IMG/VR virus record: IMGVR_UViG_3300043410_000754
Direction: 5' to 3' (one strand)
Source of the DNA: an uncultured virus (IMG/VR IMGVR_UViG_3300043410_000754)
Lineage: Duplodnaviria > Heunggongvirae > Uroviricota > Caudoviricetes
DNA: 64,000 nt
A program made the position numbers and the translations under genes. The notes beneath the pieces were generated by a model. That model saw only the letters and a list, made by a program, of their open reading frames with translations. It made no database searches and was not told the origin of the DNA. Position 1 is the stretch's first letter, and the number at the start of each line of letters is the position of its first letter. Below are positions 39,334-50,300 of this stretch, in pieces.

Positions 39334-40184
39334 TCGCTTTTCTCCTCACTCGGCAAAACCACAAACGCGTCTTGGTCGGCTCTGAAACCAACCCCAGACA
39401 GATATTGCTTCGGCTCGACTAGCTTCAGCAGGCCCAGCTTCCGCTTCAAATCTTCAGGCAAGTCATCGTTGCTATGCCTAACAGTGTTATCCCCTTGCTT
39501 GACACTGTATATTGTATCACATCGTAACACAAACAATGCTTTGTCGTTGCGATACGCCGACTCAATTTCATCCATGTGCTTGAATTCTGTGTACAGCTCG
39601 TCTCGTTTCTCGATGGTATTGAACACTCTCACGTCCGTGTTCCGCATGTGCTCCACGAACGGACCCCACCCTACCGAAGCGGCGTACTCCATCAGCGCCT
39701 TCTCTACCACTTGTCTGGTTGAGTTGTACGCGCCGTACTTGTTCGACCGCAGGTTGTGCATTTCCTGGCTCGCCGCGTTCTCGGCGTCATTCATCAGCTC
39801 CTGTACAGTTTTACTGCTAAAGGTTTTCTTGACCATGGCTACGGCCTTGTCCACGCTCTCGGTCGAGTAGAAGCTACGCCGTTGCATCTTCGAGTCGATC
39901 CGGTCGTTGTGTACCTTGTACTTTAGGTTGCTGTTGCTGTACCCCACACGTGCATACGACACATGCCCAAGCTCCTCGTTGTCCTTGAATATACGCAGGA
40001 CCACGCCTGCATAGTTAAACCCTCCAAAGTTCGTGACCTTGAAGTGCCACAATGGTTTGTCCAGTAGCAACACATCCAGCACCGGCTTCAACCGTGGGTG
40101 TAGCGTTGGCTCCGCAGGTATGGGCCGGTTCTCCTCGGCGCTCGCCTCGACCCGGTTGTTGTTCTCATATCCAACTAGCTTCAT
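39330..40184 (-). CDS. Hypothetical protein
   Basis: 284 aa with AGGAG RBS. Confidence 0.7.
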   Translation of the reverse strand: MKLVGYENNNRVEASAEENRPIPAEPTLHPRLKPVLDVLLLDKPLWHFKVTNFGGFNYAGVVLRIFKDNEELGHVSYARVGYSNSNLKYKVHNDRIDSKMQRRSFYSTESVDKAVAMVKKTFSSKTVQELMNDAENAASQEMHNLRSNKYGAYNSTRQVVEKALMEYAASVGWGPFVEHMRNTDVRVFNTIEKRDELYTEFKHMDEIESAYRNDKALFVLRCDTIYSVKQGDNTVRHSNDDLPEDLKRKLGLLKLVEPKQYLSGVGFRADQDAFVVLPSEEKSE

Positions 40185-40194
40185 CTTCTTCTCC

Positions 40195-41049
40195 TTACCA
40201 CTCAAACTTCTTCAGAATGTCATCGACCTTGGCCTTCACATCGGCGCGGTAGTGTTTGTCCTCCTTGATCCCCTCCATCGTTACCCCTAACATTGTTAGC
40301 TCTACCTGTCGGCGGGCTTCTTCCAGCTTCGGATCGTTGGTGATGTTCAGCTTGGTCAGCAGGCCGCAAAGCTCCAGCGGGTTGGTAAGTAAAGAGTCGT
40401 AATAACGCTTCTTCGCATCATCCCCCTCAACATCAGTCAACTTTTTCGAGATAGCCGATAGCTCAGCATGCAGACGTTCCCACGGCTCGCGGCATGCCTC
40501 AGCCAGCTTGTCACGCTGTTGCGTCTCAAACTCTTGTACCAGTTCCTGCATATCCACGGCGGGCACATCCAGGCGAAAGTCCCCTGCCTCGGGTACGGGC
40601 TTAACGGTACGTCGGAACCCAAACTTGAGTCGGACCTCCTCGATCTCCGGGTAGTCCTCAGCCTTGTACAGCTTGCCCAGGTTGACCTGCGCGTCATTGA
40701 CCAGACGCGGGTACTCGTTGAAGAACGTGTCGCACATGTTGTTGAACTCATGCTCGTAGGCGTTCATGGCTTGCTTGTACTCCATGAATAACGCAGTCGG
40801 CAGTAGGCGCTCGCCCTTGTCAGCCCAGGGTAACGTGTGCTGGTTGTGGTACTGACGTACACGGGACGCAAAGCGCTCGATGTCCTTACGCAAGCTGGTA
40901 CCTGCGAATAGGTTTTTCTTGGTCTGCGCCGCACCAGGGAGCGCCCCGGCGTTCGCGTTGACCTGCTCGGTGGACTCTCGGTCGATCTTCGACGCAGGCC
41001 ACACGCTGATGTTCAGTTCCACTAACAATGCTGATGCGCTAATACTCAT
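40195..41049 (-). CDS. Helical protein, DUF3150-like
   Basis: HTLPW..G.RLLP, DYP motifs; near the AAA/vWA pair. Confidence 0.6.
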   Translation of the reverse strand: MSISASALLVELNISVWPASKIDRESTEQVNANAGALPGAAQTKKNLFAGTSLRKDIERFASRVRQYHNQHTLPWADKGERLLPTALFMEYKQAMNAYEHEFNNMCDTFFNEYPRLVNDAQVNLGKLYKAEDYPEIEEVRLKFGFRRTVKPVPEAGDFRLDVPAVDMQELVQEFETQQRDKLAEACREPWERLHAELSAISKKLTDVEGDDAKKRYYDSLLTNPLELCGLLTKLNITNDPKLEEARRQVELTMLGVTMEGIKEDKHYRADVKAKVDDILKKFEW

Positions 41050-41050
41050 A

Positions 41051-41260
41051 TCATTTCTCCAACAAAAGTTTCGCAAACCCCACCGCCATATTGCGATCAG
41101 GGAACCACTCCGTGAGGATGTCAAAGTCCTCTTGATCTCCAACGTACCGTCCGTTGGTCTTGACCACCGCCCACCGACCAGCGAGACACGCGATCCCATA
41201 CTCTCGCCCCCAGAAGTGGGGGCTACGTATCCAGTCAACCTCCGGTATCAGCTTTGCCAT
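41051..41260 (-). CDS. Small early protein (shared C-terminal motif family)
   Basis: Ends ILTEWFPDRNMAVGFAKLLLEK. Confidence 0.55.
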   Translation of the reverse strand: MAKLIPEVDWIRSPHFWGREYGIACLAGRWAVVKTNGRYVGDQEDFDILTEWFPDRNMAVGFAKLLLEK

Positions 41261-41684
41261 TCTCAATCCTCCATAGTTCTGACACTAGGTGACGCACCTC
41301 GTTCTCCACGTACTCCCACGTGCGGTACGTCTCATGATCCTGCCTGTACTGAAGGCTACTACCCACTGTGACCAAGCTGACCAACACACCCGGCACCAAG
41401 TCCCCCGCGTGCCCGCAGTCGAACCCGAAACACCACCACCCGCCGTCATCATGTGAGTACGTCAGCCCACCGTGTATCTTCACATCCACATCGTCGTACG
41501 TTTTCCCATACGCCGGGTGAGACTTCGCCACACTCACGTACCCATTCAGGTGCAAGAGCGTAGGGTGTCGGCTAATCCTGCATCGGTACCCAGTCTGGTC
41601 GTCCTCCCACTCGGCCTCGTTGGGCTCACCCTCCCAGGGTCTGTCCTGCACCAGCAGTTTCAGTTGTTGCTCTGGCTCTAACAT
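41235..41684 (-). CDS. Hypothetical protein
   Basis: HGGLTY..GFDCGH motif; ATG supplied by the palindrome. Confidence 0.7.
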   Translation of the reverse strand: MLEPEQQLKLLVQDRPWEGEPNEAEWEDDQTGYRCRISRHPTLLHLNGYVSVAKSHPAYGKTYDDVDVKIHGGLTYSHDDGGWWCFGFDCGHAGDLVPGVLVSLVTVGSSLQYRQDHETYRTWEYVENEVRHLVSELWRIENGKADTGG

Positions 41685-41686
41685 TG

Positions 41687-41905
41687 TTAGTCCTCCCATA
41701 GTTCCATCAACTTCAGTGTGCCCACCAACCCGTCATAGGTTAGGTGTCTGTGTACTTCTTCGCTGTTATTGGGGGAATACCCAACGTAGTACACCCGCAG
41801 GTTGTACCGCCACGGCCTCCACCACACCCGGCTGACTGTCCACCCATACAATGGCGATGGATGGTCTAGCGACACCATGTACATATCCCCGCAACGAATT
41901 TTCAT
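41687..41905 (-). CDS. Small early protein (motif family)
   Basis: Stop supplied by the palindrome. Confidence 0.55.
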   Translation of the reverse strand: MKIRCGDMYMVSLDHPSPLYGWTVSRVWWRPWRYNLRVYYVGYSPNNSEEVHRHLTYDGLVGTLKLMELWED

Positions 41906-42150
41906 CCGTCCTCCGGTTGTGTTAGCAGTTTCACGTATCCCTTCGCCGCTTCTTCACTCAGGCCCGTGTACAGCGGCTCCTTGGTGTACGGCTTTGTGGT
42001 GGTCCGAGTTACCTTGACCACCGAGTACGTATTGCAAGGCTCCCAATTACCCCGGTGTTCCTTGTGTACCTCATACGTAACTACCCAGCTGTCCTGCCCA
42101 AAGATTCCTCTCGGGTCAGTCCACCCATGGTTGAACCTCTCGGTCGCCAT
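41902..42150 (-). CDS. Small early protein (motif family)
   Basis: Ends LYTGLSEEAAKGYVKLLTQPEDG. Confidence 0.6.
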   Translation of the reverse strand: MATERFNHGWTDPRGIFGQDSWVVTYEVHKEHRGNWEPCNTYSVVKVTRTTTKPYTKEPLYTGLSEEAAKGYVKLLTQPEDG

Positions 42151-42401
42151 CAGTCCTTCTCCGGCTTCCCCGCCAGCTTCGCCATGCGATAGATGTCGTC
42201 GCTGATGATCTGCATGGAATAGCTCCGGTCGTTGGGGTACACGTGGTACGTGTAGTCGTCGGTCATGCCCTTGGCCTCACGCTTTTCCTTGGACCAATAC
42301 TTGTCCTCGAACCGCTCGGCGCTCGAAAGAATCTCAGACAACTGCAACGCTTTGTCGTTCTTCAACACCACCTTCTGGTAGCCCAAGTCAATCACAATCA
42401 T
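42150..42401 (-). CDS. Hypothetical protein
   Basis: AGGAG RBS; MIVIDLG... Confidence 0.6.
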   Translation of the reverse strand: MIVIDLGYQKVVLKNDKALQLSEILSSAERFEDKYWSKEKREAKGMTDDYTYHVYPNDRSYSMQIISDDIYRMAKLAGKPEKD

Positions 42402-42411
42402 GTCGCTCTCC

Positions 42412-43602
42412 TTAGCGTTCGATATGGATGGTTTTGCCGTTCGGGGCGGTGACTTCATTGCCACCAGTAATGCACCACAGTACAGGGCAGACCCAATTAC
42501 CACCCCAATCGGAGCCCACATACCCATCTGTGAGAACAATGACGCACTCTGGATCAAGTTTCTTCTCCTCCATATACGATGTGATACAGCTCGGTGATGT
42601 ACCGCCACCGCCCTTGGGCTGTGTTGACTGGATGATCGAGCTAACATTGTTAGACTCGTATGTCTCGTGACCTGCCACCTCGCTGTCCCAGTACAGCAGG
42701 TCCACGCACTCGGGGTTAACGTCCTCGGCGATACCCTTCACCTCGGATAAGAACTCGGCAAGCTCAGGCCCACCGATGGAACCCGATGTGTCGATTGCAA
42801 CCACGATGTGACCCACGCGCTCACCGATCATGCTGGGCATGTACGTACCCGTAGACAGGAAACGCCGATTGACTCGACGCCACGAACTCTTGTCCAGCGC
42901 ACGACACGATGCCTTGACGAACTCACGCAACACCTCGCGCCAGTCCACCTTGGGTGCCATCAACTCCTCAAGCTCACGGCTCATGCCACCCGCACCCTTA
43001 CCCGCAAGTTTCTGGTGCGCCATCTGACCCTGACGGATTGCTTGGTCGATCTCTTTGGCGAGTTGCTTCTTCTCCTCCTCGCTCATGCCCTGCGCATCGG
43101 CCCAGTCATGGAAGTCCATGCCATCGCCATCACCGCTATCGGGATTCTCTTGCTTGAGAATGTCGAACACTTGCTTGCTGTTCATGCCACGGAACCGCTC
43201 GTCGATCAGGCCCATGGGCTCGCCCTTCTTCGGACCCTCGGTCCATCGGGGCATCTGAATCAACCGACCATCGGGGTCCATGTCATTCAGCATCAGGTTG
43301 ATCACATAGTCACACGCCGCGTTCGCAAGCTGGTGGTTCTCGTCGTGCATCTTGCGCCACGTAGTCAGGTGCCGGAACATCTTGTGTCCAGCCTCGTGGG
43401 CCACCACAAAGTTAAGCTCGGCATCCTTCAAGCGCTTGACGAACTCGCGCCCGTACCGCTCGTCACGTCCATTAGTTGCCGCCGTGGGGATGTCATCCAC
43501 CACACGGGTCTTGCCCACCATCAACACACCAGACAGTAGCGCGAACTTCGGGCTACGCATCAGGCTGATCTTGGCTTTCTGTACTTTGCGTTCCTCTAAC
43601 AT
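42412..43602 (-). CDS. Metallopeptidase + vWA domain protein (DUF2201-like)
   Basis: TAATNG, HEAGH, NAACDYVIN; MIDAS DTSGS, GGGT, LTDG. Confidence 0.85.
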   Translation of the reverse strand: MLEERKVQKAKISLMRSPKFALLSGVLMVGKTRVVDDIPTAATNGRDERYGREFVKRLKDAELNFVVAHEAGHKMFRHLTTWRKMHDENHQLANAACDYVINLMLNDMDPDGRLIQMPRWTEGPKKGEPMGLIDERFRGMNSKQVFDILKQENPDSGDGDGMDFHDWADAQGMSEEEKKQLAKEIDQAIRQGQMAHQKLAGKGAGGMSRELEELMAPKVDWREVLREFVKASCRALDKSSWRRVNRRFLSTGTYMPSMIGERVGHIVVAIDTSGSIGGPELAEFLSEVKGIAEDVNPECVDLLYWDSEVAGHETYESNNVSSIIQSTQPKGGGGTSPSCITSYMEEKKLDPECVIVLTDGYVGSDWGGNWVCPVLWCITGGNEVTAPNGKTIHIER

Positions 43603-43604
43603 TG

Positions 43605-44559
43605 TTAGTCCTTCATCAGTTTGTTCAAACCCTTGGCGAGATTCGCCGCGCTAACCTTCGTGTACTTCGTGGCGATCAACCGACTGTTCTGCCACACCTC
43701 ATACCTGTATGTAACCTTCGGCCTTGCCTTGGTCCCTCCACTTGACACCTCCCGCACCCATGCAGGCTCGTACCTGTACGTCTCTCTCCCCGTTGTGTCA
43801 TACGATACGTACGCCATGTTGCCTCCTCGCATCCTCCGTTATGGACAACAGCATCACCAGAGTCGCCTCGACCTGCGCCGGGTCGTTACTCTCCACCATC
43901 ACGGTACGGCTCCGCTCCCCACCGAGTTGCCCCTCCCACTTCACGATGGTCGCTCGGTACTGGAAGAAGTCAGTCATGTCCTCCGCATAGCTCAGCATGC
44001 GCCGCTCCATCAGCAGTTGGTAGAACACCGGCAGTCCAGACACCTGCTTACGCAAGTACGCATACATGTCCTGCACCTTGTCCCACCGTGATGGGATGTC
44101 TGCCCACGCTTCCTTCGTTTTGATCTCTGCGTATAACATTGTTAGCCCTCCGGTGGTAGCAACAGCTTCACCATGTCGTTCAGTTCACTCAGGTCAGGTG
44201 TCTCGTGGACCACCGGATACCGTAGCATCTCTGGTCCATACGCTCCGGTCTTAGTGTGCAACGTGTACGTGCGCACTCCCTTGTCCACGAACGTACCCAC
44301 CATGTACCCAGCGCGGTTCAGCCTTTCCGTGGTGTCGGAACGGATAAGCCAATCACCCTGGAAACTAATCGGTGTCACTCTCAGCCTCCACTTGCTTGTT
44401 GAAAAAGATGGCTAGGCGCTGGGCCTCGGCCTGATCGGTATGTTCAGAGACAACGCGACTACCGTTACCCCATCCGCTACCAATCAGAAGCTCGTACACA
44501 AAGGGACGGACGTAGTTATCGCCCCCCTTCTTGATACGCACCCAGGCCCACTCTTTCAC
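43605..44559 (-). CDS. Four small early genes (43605-~43817, 43798-44139, 44142-44378, 44365-44559)
   Basis: Tightly packed ORFs between the AAA and vWA genes; palindromes at junctions. Confidence 0.55.
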
Positions 44560-45620
44560 AGCAGGTCTTGGTTCTTAGCAACCCAGTCGGCGAACGACTT
44601 GCAACTGAACGCGATGCTCTGCTTGGTCGGTGTCTTGGCGATGTTGATCGCGAACACAGCTTGCCACTCGGCATCGAATCGCTCCAGATACTGCATGAAC
44701 GGCGTGATGCTGTCCTTGGTGATGCGACTGATCGCACCGAACACCACGATCGCACAGGCACCAGGGCTCGACGGAATCTTGGTCTTGGTCGGCTCCTTGA
44801 TCGTTGCATCCCATGTCGGCAACTGATCCGAGAACTCAATGTATGCCTGCATATCCCGAGCACCGGCCTCGCCGATAGCACCAGTCAACGCCGAGATGAT
44901 CGTGTCCTGATCCAACTCCTTACGTGCCCTAACAATGTTAGAGGCGGTAGCCATCGAGCGCGGAGACACAAAAGCATTTTGATGCTTGCGCGGGTTGTAG
45001 ATATACGGGTTGTCAGCCTGCGCCGCGTCCGTGTACGAAGCAAAGATGTGCGGGTACTGATTCGCCCAGGCCAACACCTCGGGCTCGATCCCGTTGTTCA
45101 TGCCCCACTCAATCCATTCCTCGGATGTAGGTTTGGCAATCGTCACCGGAACCAGTCGGTTACGGCTATGTGCTTTCAGGGAGTCACCCACGCCATCGGT
45201 GGTCAGGTTGCCCGTCAGGAACACAATGTTCTTCTCATGCAGGGAGATGTCACCCAGGCGAGGATTCGCCTTCTCAAGCATGGGGTGAAGCATGTTCTTC
45301 ACCGGGTCGGCACCCTTGGTGAACTCGTCGAGCATGATCACGACAGGCTTGCCCTCATGCACTTTGAATCGTGCGTTCGGATAGTACCGGGTCGTCTTGG
45401 TTTCGTGGTCGATCACCGGCATCGCGATGTCGCCCAGGTCCAAGTTGGGTACGTCAATATACGCATGGTCATACCCCAGGTCGTCGGCGATCTGTTTCAG
45501 GATCGAGGACTTGCCGATGCCGGGCTCGCCTTGCAACAGGAAACGCGTCTCGGGGTTCGTCTTGATCAACTGCGCGGCTTGCTTCAGGGTGATCGTCTTA
45601 CCAAACAGTACTTCTGCCAT
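44556..45620 (-). CDS. MoxR-like AAA+ ATPase
   Basis: GEPGIGKS, MLDE, TGN, NRL, SPRS. Confidence 0.85.
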   Translation of the reverse strand: MAEVLFGKTITLKQAAQLIKTNPETRFLLQGEPGIGKSSILKQIADDLGYDHAYIDVPNLDLGDIAMPVIDHETKTTRYYPNARFKVHEGKPVVIMLDEFTKGADPVKNMLHPMLEKANPRLGDISLHEKNIVFLTGNLTTDGVGDSLKAHSRNRLVPVTIAKPTSEEWIEWGMNNGIEPEVLAWANQYPHIFASYTDAAQADNPYIYNPRKHQNAFVSPRSMATASNIVRARKELDQDTIISALTGAIGEAGARDMQAYIEFSDQLPTWDATIKEPTKTKIPSSPGACAIVVFGAISRITKDSITPFMQYLERFDAEWQAVFAINIAKTPTKQSIAFSCKSFADWVAKNQDLL

Positions 45621-45696
45621 TTCTGATTCTCCAATGATGCCCCATAACATTGTTAGGGCGGGTTACACAAACTAACACTCGAACTTTTTTGATTTA

Positions 45697-45725
45697 ATTA
45701 TACCACGTAAACTTGGCATTGTCAA
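45697..45725 (-). promoter_or_regulatory. Consensus sigma70 promoter
   Basis: TTGACA-17-TATAAT with extended TG. Confidence 0.85.
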
Positions 45726-45817
45726 GTCTCATGACTTCGTCCAAGGCATGAGCCTTGGTTTTCGCGTGACGGCCCGCGTTGCGGAAAGGCTTTTGCACCA
45801 GTTCCCGCACGACAGGG

Positions 45818-46009
45818 TTACGCCCGCGACTGCGTGGCTTTCCATTCTTTGAGTTTCCTAATCGCCTCATTCCTGACTCCTTCGTTCTCAAGTATCTCGC
45901 GCATCATGTGTGCCGTCACGTTGCGTTCGTGGTGGTACTTCAACGCTTGACCCGTGGCGAGAACCGCCCAGGCAAACAGACCTAACTCTGTTAGGGTAAC
46001 TTCAATCAT
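45818..46009 (-). CDS. Small membrane protein
   Basis: Hydrophobic N-terminus, AGGAG RBS. Confidence 0.5.
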   Translation of the reverse strand: MIEVTLTELGLFAWAVLATGQALKYHHERNVTAHMMREILENEGVRNEAIRKLKEWKATQSRA

Positions 46010-46136
46010 TTTTTCTCCTTCCATCCGATCTCTTTATTCAACCACCCGATACCGATCCACACTCCCTCGGTGTCGTTCTTCCCAAACGCAAGCACAGGCC
46101 ACACAAGCCAGTGCGGTTGGTTCTTCTCAAAGTACA

Positions 46137-47174
46137 TCATGCTTCTTTCTCCTTCAATGAATACTTCTCGTCCTCGCATATCCAGTTGGCGTACTGCGGG
46201 TTGGGGATTCTCCCACTATTCAACTTGATCTTCTCAAGCACCTCGTCTGCATGCCAGCGCATGAGGATCAAGTCATACAGTCTCGGCAACATCTTCAACT
46301 CCCTGCGAATCACCCGCTGGTCCTCCATGTTCAGGGTTGTCTTGAATGTCACCAACGCTATCGCCGCCTTGTAGAACTGCTCCGTGTCACCAGACTCAAT
46401 CCACCCAAAGAACTTCTCACCTGCACTGCGGTACTCGGCAATCGCCTCGAATCTTTTGGCATCCGTGTACCCCGAATGGGTGAACGCATAATTCTCATAC
46501 GGTCGCAGGTTCAAGCACTCGAACTGCTCCGTGTTCACCCACTGCGCTGTGTGAAACCTAACGGTCGTACCCAACAACTCACCAGCCTCAGCGGCTGTGT
46601 ACTCCACACACGCCAGCTCCCCTCGGTGCGTACTCACGTGCGCCTTGCGCAGGTTGAGGAACCCTTTGAAGTAGTCGGCGAACGCCTTGTACTTGGCCCT
46701 AACATTGTTAGCCGCCTTGCGGTTAAGCCGGTACCCATAGCGAACCACGGGCGCATTAGCCAGGGACAACTCCCCGTCCAACGATCGCAACTCGATCCCG
46801 CCTTCGATCATGTGCTTCTCCTCCCCGAACTCGATGAGGGCATGGTTGCTCCGCGAGTAGCAACTCACGTTCAATACGCGCTCGATGAACATCCGTGTGG
46901 ATACAGAGTTATACCCACCCATGTCGATCTTGATCTCGGTGGTGTTCAGCACCCGCGCCATGTCCTTCGTGAACGTGATCACGGGAGTCCGGTACAACAC
47001 AAACTGAACCGCGTCCCCATTCATACGTACGCTGTATGAGTCGGCATCACGCCGCGCACCCAACGGGCGCAACTCAGTAGCACGACCACGGATCGGTACA
47101 CTATTCTCAAAGATTGCTTTCGCCTCGTTGTAGTCACGGCAACGCGGCACGTGCTTCACAGTTCTGTATCCCAT
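46137..47174 (-). CDS. Hypothetical protein
   Basis: 345 aa with GAGGAG RBS. Confidence 0.75.
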   Translation of the reverse strand: MGYRTVKHVPRCRDYNEAKAIFENSVPIRGRATELRPLGARRDADSYSVRMNGDAVQFVLYRTPVITFTKDMARVLNTTEIKIDMGGYNSVSTRMFIERVLNVSCYSRSNHALIEFGEEKHMIEGGIELRSLDGELSLANAPVVRYGYRLNRKAANNVRAKYKAFADYFKGFLNLRKAHVSTHRGELACVEYTAAEAGELLGTTVRFHTAQWVNTEQFECLNLRPYENYAFTHSGYTDAKRFEAIAEYRSAGEKFFGWIESGDTEQFYKAAIALVTFKTTLNMEDQRVIRRELKMLPRLYDLILMRWHADEVLEKIKLNSGRIPNPQYANWICEDEKYSLKEKEA

Positions 47175-47177
47175 CTC

Positions 47178-47336
47178 TCACTCCTCTGAATAAAGCGGCA
47201 AGTAAAACAATGCCTCTTGGTTTGTCTTGAACCCTCGGGCTAGGATTTCCCAGTCCCCAGTCACATGCGGTATCAGCCTCGCCACTACCGCATCCTTGGA
47301 TATAGGCAACCGCAGGATGCACCACTCCTCATCCAT
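47178..47336 (-). CDS. 52-aa protein not in the ORF track, paralogue of 47329-47526
   Basis: MDEEWCILRLPISKDAVVARLIPHVTGDWEILARGFKTNQEALFYLPLYSEE. Confidence 0.75.
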   Translation of the reverse strand: MDEEWCILRLPISKDAVVARLIPHVTGDWEILARGFKTNQEALFYLPLYSEE

Positions 47337-50300
47337 CTTCTGCCCCCTCGTTGTAAAGCGGCAAGTAGAGTCTTGCCTCTTGGACTGACTTGAAACCTCG
47401 GGCTAACAATGTTAGGGAAGGATAGAAGGGTATGGGGTCCTCTAGGCCGTACATCCTCAACACCACCAGCTCCTTCGACCTGGGCATGCGCATGATTACC
47501 CATTCCTCCTTCTTCTCATCCATCATCCTTCCCCTCGATCAGTGCCTTCATCTGCTCAAGCGATTCCTTGTCCTCACTCTCGGCGAGGAACGTGTACGTT
47601 AGCCCATGCAACGCTTGGACGGTCGGCCCCTTGTTCCGTTCCCAATGTATGCCCTTCTGCCACGCCGCTTTGCTCCGCACAAAGTAGCGGATTCTGGGGA
47701 TGCTATGCAGGTGCACAAAAAACTTAGTGACCTGCCTCTCCGTCTTGAACAGCACCCACACTCGGTTGCGAAACCGACCCATCACCCGCCCCGTAACGCA
47801 TACACCTTCACCATCTTGAGCGTGGGGTACTGCGTCACGAACCGCTCACGTGCGGCCTCTCGGTTCCTGCACTCGTACGATTCAGTCATCCAATGCCCGA
47901 ACCGAGCGCTCCACCCTGCCACCATGTATCTGCACATTCCACTCATGACTCCTCCTTCTCGTGCGTCAGCATGCACATCTGCAATGCAGACTCCTCAGTC
48001 TCTAGTACACACACCTCGACCACGATGTCCGGCTTTATGTCCACGGCATCGGATGTTTTGTACGTCTCCCATGCCTCCGTCTCGATGTAGTAGCACAGCC
48101 GGTTGTCCCTGCCTTGGTTTAGTCGGTGATCGGGGTTGGCCTTCAACACCGTCCAGCTTCCCGCAGGTCTGCGCCACACGTCACGGTCGCCATTCCCACG
48201 GTCCATGTACAGGCTCAGCTTCGGCCTGCCCGAACTCGATTGTGAAATCATCAGTTTCATCATCACTCCTCATCTTGCAACAGCTTGATCATCTGCTCGA
48301 CCTCTGCGTGTGTTCCTCGGAACAGCACCTCTCGAACGTAGTGGTCCTGCGGGTCGCGGTTCCCAAACAACCCCGCACTGCATCGGTAGTACAGCTTAGA
48401 GCGTGGATCGCTCCCATCCTTGCGCGTACGCCGGTACAGCACCCACTCATCCTCTAACATTGTTAGCCTCACGCTCGGCGAGCACCCCGATCAACTCCTT
48501 CATGTGCGGAGCGATCATCACCGCCACGCTTACAAACTCGGGCACCAAGATTAGTTTCTTGCGCAGGTACGTGTCCTTGCAGATCACTCGCACTAGTTCC
48601 CCGACTTTCTCAAGTTCTTCGTGTGTCATTCTGTCACCTGCTTTTCTTGTATCCAGTAGATATACCCACGCCCGTCATCCGCGTCCTTCATGTGGCGCAG
48701 ATGTGTCTCAGCTAGCACTTTGTCGATGAACAGCGCCTCGATATGGGCCTTCTCGGTATCGCTTTCCCACAGAATCCAAACCGTCATTCCATCTCCTCCA
48801 ATTCCCCGCACAGGGCGAGTATCCATATCTCCATCTCCACAGCCTCCTCGGTCTTTCCCGCATCGCGGAGCGCCTCGGCTAACTTCATCCCCGCGTCATG
48901 TACGCGTTGCACATCTCGTTTCTCTAGCTTCACTTCGCACCTCTGATCGTCACCGTCGATTGAATTCGCGCCCGCAGGATCACGGCCTTCATGTAGTGAT
49001 TCACCGCCGACTTGAACTCGGCCTCGTCCATGTCACCGATCTCCAGCATCTCGTCCAGGTGTTCCATCGCCACCTTGAGCGCGTCCAGCTCGGCTGTGTA
49101 GTCTGTTCTTTTCTCCATGCTCCAGCTCCTTGAGAATACGTTTCCAATCAACTCGTCCAATGAACCACCCGAACAGCTTGCGGTCGCAGTCTTGGCACAG
49201 CAACTCCGGGTTATCTCCGTTGTCCCCGCTAACATTGTTAGGGCTGGGGCGGTTCCTCTCGTTCGTCTCCCCCATTCGCAAGCCTCCACATCATGTCCAT
49301 GCGATCCCGTAGCGCCTTGGTCCGCTCCGGGTACAGATCGAGAAGCGCTCGGCCCACCGGGAAACAGTTGTCCCCGCGTTGCGCCATGTGTACTGCGGCC
49401 TCGCCCAGTACTGCGTCCAGGTCGATGATCAACCTGCCTAGTCCTTCACCTTGGTGCATACTCATCCTTCCCTGTTTTTGTGTTCTTCCGGCAGGAACTG
49501 CGCGTACGACCTGTCTGCCGCATCCCGGTCTTGCACCTCTGCCGCCTTGTCGTTGGTCATCAGCGCCGCGTACTTCAACAGCTTGGCTCGGTCCTGGCTC
49601 TTGTGCAGGATGCTCCACTTGCCGAAATACGCAGTTGGCCTGACATCTACCCCGATCCCATCGTATTTCTTGGCATCCGTCAGCCGGGTCACGCGCACCT
49701 CGCCATCGTCGGCATCCCGGATCATCACGTAAAAGTGACGGACTTTGCGTACAGATTCCTTGTTATAGGCTGTATTCGCTTGTGGATTCTCTAACATTGT
49801 TAGTCCTTTTCTTCCGCTAGCTGGACCATTTGTAACGCTGTCGCATGGTCGTCGTGCATGCTGACAACAGGATGGTCACGCACCCATTGCCCGATGTACT
49901 CGTTGGTCATCACCGACTCGCCCGAACCAGCCAGCCTCTGGATGTGCCCGATGTACTCTGCCGCTCGCGTCACATACATACGACTCTCGCCGTTGCTCAG
50001 GTAGTACTTAATGACTAAGTACAGTTGGTTGTGTGCCTTGTTCCCTAACATTGTTACTCCTCCCTCGTCAGCGCCACGAACCGCAACGCCTCGTCCTCGG
50101 TCAGCCCCTCGGCAACCACCTCGGCAACCAAGTCCTTGATCACCTCTGGGCGTACCTTCCAGCCATCCCATCGCTTCTGGGTAATAGCCTGCAACCAACC
50201 AGACTTCAGCCGGTACACGACCCAGTCGGCATCGTTGGTTCTCATTTCATCCCCTGGGTTGCTTCTGGTTGGTGTTCTTGAGCGAGACGAACGCGCTCTC

